Positions 59,422-64,000 of a DNA stretch of 64,000 nt are shown piece by piece. Under the pieces are notes generated by a model that was not told the origin of the DNA, made no database searches, and saw nothing but the letters and a program-made list of their open reading frames with translations. The stretch is from assembly GCA_964016885.1 (NCBI GenBank), contig OZ024756.1, positions 15,624,001 to 15,688,000 on the forward strand, written 5' to 3'. Origin of the DNA: Eledone cirrhosa. Lineage: Eukaryota. The translations under genes were made by a program, and so were the position numbers. Position 1 is the stretch's first letter; the number at the start of each line of letters is the position of its first letter.

Positions 59422-59893
59422 TCAGTGTCTTTCATTAGAAATATGGTAATGAAAGGGTTAATGACATAGACAGTGTTTTTCATTAGAAATATGGTAATGA
59501 AATGGTTAATGACATAGACAGTGTCTTTCATTAGAAATATGGTAATGAAAGGGTTAATGACATAGGCAGTGTCTTTCATTAGAAATATGGTAATGAAAGG
59601 GTTAATGACATAGGCAGTGTCTTTCATTGGAAATATGGTAATGAAAGGGTTAATGATATAGGCAGTGTCTTTCATTGGAAATATGGTAATGAAATGGTTA
59701 ATGACATAGGCAGTGTCTTTCATTGGAAATATGGTAATGAAAGGGTTAATGATATAGGCAGTGTCTTTCATTGGAAATATGGTAATGAAATGGTTAATGA
59801 CATAGGCAGTGTCTTTCATTGGAAATATGGTAATGAAAGGGTTATAGACATAGGCAGTGTCTTTCATTGGAAATATGGTAATGAAAGGGTTAT
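59422..59893. repeat. 48-bp minisatellite, about 10 copies
   Basis: Unit CAGTGTCTTTCATTGGAAATATGGTAATGAAAGGGTTAATGACATAGG. Confidence 0.95.
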
Positions 59894-59939
59894 AGAAAAG
59901 CAAACGATGTTTCATGTTTCATCGACATCATGATCATTG

Positions 59940-59971
<32 letters not shown>

Positions 59972-59980
59972 TGTTTTAAG

Positions 59981-60154
59981 CAGCATCACTTTTGATACAC
60001 CAATACGACAGATTCTTGGAGATCGATTCTGGTTGAGAGATGAATACCGTAGTGAACACGTCTCTCTTAGAGATATTCTAAGCCAGCGGACTGGAATAAG
60101 CAACATGGACGCCATTCCGCAGATGAATGCCATAAAAGCAGAAAACATGATGAG
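59981..60154 (+). CDS. Second coding exon of the beta-lactamase-fold protein
   Basis: Pyrimidine tract and TTAAG acceptor. Encodes SITFDTPIRQILGDRFWLRDEYRSEHVSLRDILSQRTGI... (family pattern lDdPv...tirdLLsH.tG). Donor AG|GTATGG. 174 nt, in frame with exon 1. Confidence 0.85.
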
Positions 60155-60176
60155 GTATGGAATTCTTAGGTTTCAT

Positions 60177-60218
<42 letters not shown>

Positions 60219-60278
60219 GTCATCATCATCGTCATCACCATCATCATCACCATCATCAAAATCATCACCATCATTATC

Positions 60279-60341
<63 letters not shown>

Positions 60342-60825
60342 GTTATCATCATTGCCATCATCGTCATCACCATGATCATCATCATCGCCATCACCATCAT
60401 CATCATCATCATCATCATACTTCTCTTCATCACCATCGTCGTTATCACCATCAATTCCATCATCACCCTCATCAACATTCTTGCCATCATCACCACCATC
60501 ATCACCATCGCCACCATCACCACCATCATCACCACCATCATCACCATCGCCATCACCATCACCACCATCACCGCCATCACCGCCATCACCATCATCACCA
60601 TCACCACCATCACCACCATCACCATCATCGCCATCACCATCATCACCATCGCCTTCACCACCATCATCACCATCACCATCGCCACCATCACCACCATCAC
60701 CGCCATCACCATCATCACCATCGCCACCATCATCACCATCATCACCACCACCACCACCACCATCACCACCATCACCATCACCACCATCATCACCATCATC
60801 ACCACCATCATCATCATCACCATCG
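60177..60825. repeat. (CAT/CAC)n microsatellite filling intron 2
   Basis: Direct inspection. Confidence 0.95.
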
Positions 60826-60885
60826 TTCTATTATATTGATATTTTAGTCAATTAATTGTTGTTTTCTGCTTATATTTTGTGTCAG

Positions 60886-61146
60886 CCACTTTCTGTATTC
60901 CCCAGAGGCATTCGACTTCCGGAAGAGGGTCTACAAGAGCGATCCCCTTTTCTTTGTTGTTGAAAAAGTGATTGAAAAACTCGGCGGAAAACCCTACGAA
61001 AAACTTCTGAAAGAATATATCTTGGAGCCGTTGGGTATGACTGGTACAACGTTCTTGCATACACTCCATTCCGGACGACGGAACCTAGCCATGCCCACCA
61101 TGACGAGCAAAGGAAAACGTTATACGGTACCAATAGAAACAATGAG
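60886..61146 (+). CDS. Third coding exon of the beta-lactamase-fold protein (gene continues beyond)
   Basis: Acceptor TTTTGTGTCAG. Encodes HFLYSPEAFDFRKRVYKSDPLFFVVEKVIEKLGGKPYEKLLKEYILEPLGMTGT (family pattern iE..sG..ye.yl.e.If.PLGM..T). Donor AG|GTAACT. 261 nt. Confidence 0.88.
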
Positions 61147-61199
61147 GTAACTATGTTCATGTGATCATCATCATCATCTTATTAACTACATTCGAGACA

Positions 61200-61682
61200 G
61201 TGGATTGGCAGTAGAATCGGTAGAGCATCGGGCAACATGCCACTTTGTGGCATAGAGTTACGTCCCTTTACATTCTGGGTTCAAATCCCACCGAGGTCAG
61301 CTTAATCGACTTCAACCTCCCCCTCCCCCCCCCCAAAAAAAAAGTGTTGGCCTTGTACCTAAATTAGAGAGAAAGAGCGGTGGCTTGGCAGTAATTGGTA
61401 GAGCGTCGGCCACCATACTTTGCGGTATATAGCTACGTCCCTTAATGTTCTGAGTTCAAATTCCTCCAAGGTTAGCTTTGCCTTTCATCCTTACGAATGG
61501 GGTTGATAAATAAAATCCCAGTAATACACTGGGCTCGATTTTATCGACTTTTTCTTCCCCAAAAATGAGTTGGCCTTGTGCCTAAATCAGAAATAATTGT
61601 GGTGGATTGGCAATAAAGCCTCGGACACCATCTTTTGCGGCCTAGAATTACGGCCCTTTACATTCTGGGTTCAAATCCCGAA
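61200..61682 (+). mobile_element. Three SINE family A copies
   Basis: A-box-like TGGCAGTA and B boxes GGTTCAAATCCC/GAGTTCAAAT near 61280, 61455 and 61670. Confidence 0.7.
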
Positions 61683-62340
61683 GCCCTTATAAACTACACT
61701 TTTGTACAGGGTTATTGTCAGATTTTTAATAAAAGACACTGCCTTCCATTTTCAAATCATTTCGGAAAGAAATCCAGAATTTAGTAATATAGCTAAATGT
61801 CTCATTATTAACCTTATACTTGGAACATAACTTAACAAAGGCTCTTACGTAAAATTACAATGTAAGGCTTTTAGATAAATCTAAACATTATAACCCTTTC
61901 GTTACCATATTACAAATAAAAGACACTGCCGATGATTATCAAGTAATTTTGAAAATAATCAAGAATTTGGAGAGATTTAGTAATATAATAATATAATTAA
62001 CATATTCATTATTAAGCTAGTGTTTGGGAACATAACTTAACAAAGGTTCTTATGTGAAATTATGATGAATTGCGTTTAGACAGGAAGGCGACTGTAAATA
62101 GATCTAGATAATTATTAAGACTTGATTAAAGTTGGTTGTTTCTATGGGAACTGTTATCTACCACCACCCTATCACTACCACAAAACATTTCTGTCACCAC
62201 CACCACCACTGGTGGTGCTGATGGTGGTAGTAGTGGTGGTGGTAGTAGTGGTAGTGGTGGTGGTGGGTTACTATTTATTTAACCTAATAATAGAGATTTG
62301 GTGGAAGGTGAGACTGGGAAATACCTAGTGTTGGAATTTC

Positions 62341-62529
<189 letters not shown>

Positions 62530-62582
62530 TACATATATACACATATATTCATGCATACATATATATATACATACATACATAC

Positions 62583-63190
62583 ATGGTGGCTGCCAACTCG
62601 TTTTCGAGTACGGCCACTACTTTATATCCATGTAGGAGAACCCCTACCGATGCGCTGAACGAGTGTGACTTTTTAGTCCAGCCAACGACTTGAAAACTCT
62701 GGTACAAACACTACACTTGTGACAATTATTGACACATAGTGCTGGGCCCATGGTACCATGTGACGACAAGTGCAGAGAGATCTCCAGATATAAAGCAATG
62801 CCTGTGCCGTGAAGCTTTTATAGTGAGCAAAGGCACTGCACAAAGCCAGACCCGCTCTCTTAACCAAGAGGATATTTACCAAAAAGAAGAACAAGTCAAC
62901 ATCATTGGATACCATCAGGGTTGCAGGTGTTATATCAGAGTTTTCCTTCTCCGAGAATTCTGCCTTGACAAAGGCTAAGGGGTCATCTCTCCCGGTGATT
63001 TTGGATGGCCATTGACTCTTAAGAGCTCCTTTGTCCTTTGACAGGTTTTGTTTTTAGTCCTGCAGGATGTCCAAAGTCACCCTCCTCACCAAGAAACCTT
63101 GGTGGGGTTGCCAGTTGAGTCGCCAACGACCCGACCATGAGACAGGTTGTACTGGGATACATGTTACCAGTAGCACCAACTGGTGACCTG

Positions 63191-63191
<1 letters not shown>
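62583..63191 (-). mobile_element. Non-autonomous RTE-derived element of about 600 bp
   Basis: Reverse-complement copy of 27425-28028, with (CATA)n on both sides. Confidence 0.75.
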
Positions 63192-63221
<30 letters not shown>

Positions 63222-63377
63222 TATCATTATAATAAAGCTCAATTATCAGTGTTTAATATTCTCCCTTCCAAAAACAAGAGTTACAGCAACTACTGCTGCT
63301 ACTACTACTGATGACGATGATGATAACACCAACATCACTATGACGACTGCTGCTACTGCTACTATTGCTATCACACG

Positions 63378-63438
<61 letters not shown>

Positions 63439-63547
63439 TTCAAGAGTAACCAATCTTAAAGAGAGAGATGGAGATAGGAGAGGAGATATGAGAGGAGAGA
63501 TTGGTGAATTATATATATATATATATAAATGTATACCTACATGTGTA

Positions 63548-63647
<100 letters not shown>

Positions 63648-63651
63648 GTAA

Positions 63652-64000
63652 AATGCTAGAGCTGGAAATGACTTTCAAACATGGCATAACGTCTTTGGAT
63701 CTAACGGAGTCGGAGCTACGAACTCCAATGGGCTTAGGCTGCTCTCACACTGTAAAGAATTTGATCTCAGCATCACCAACAGCTTCTTTCAACAACGTGC
63801 AAACCATAAAACAACATGGATGCACCCTAGGTCCAAGGACTGGCATATGATTGACTATGTCATCACCTGCAGGCGTAACCTAAAAGATTTTTAAAATCAC
63901 TCGTTCTGTTATCTCTCGAATCATGCACTACTGCGCAGTAAAATTTCATTCAATCTTCCAAACAAAAGGCGTCTTCAGAGGCCACCTATCCCACCCAAGA
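63652..64000 (+). mobile_element. RTE-clade LINE AP-endonuclease fragment
   Basis: NARAGND...GVGATNSNGLRLL...ITNSFF...KTTWMHPRSKDWHMIDYVI, followed by a stop. Confidence 0.85.

Noticed and set aside
59937-60839. 300-aa ORF as a single-exon protein
   Set aside because: Only 59981-60154 is coding. The remainder is intronic (CAT)n read-through past a splice donor.

Overview
AT-rich, microsatellite-saturated animal genomic DNA. The repeat content suggests a coleoid cephalopod such as octopus (inference only). One host gene is supported: three + strand exons (36377-36687, 59981-60154, 60886-61146, all phase-2 GT-AG junctions, continuing past the window). They encode a secreted serine beta-lactamase/AmpC-fold protein whose SxxK and YxN motifs appear degenerate. 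The rest is simple repeats, minisatellites, two tRNA-derived SINE families, and fragments of Penelope-like (PLE), R4/Dong-like, CRE-like and RTE retroelements and a Helitron. The most striking non-coding signal is about 15 type I hammerhead-ribozyme-like motifs from several unrelated sequence families. Most sit in short elements within (TA)n tracts, and fold-back palindromes recur with turning points in or beside the ribozyme. Nearly all ORFs in the supplied track are microsatellite artefacts.
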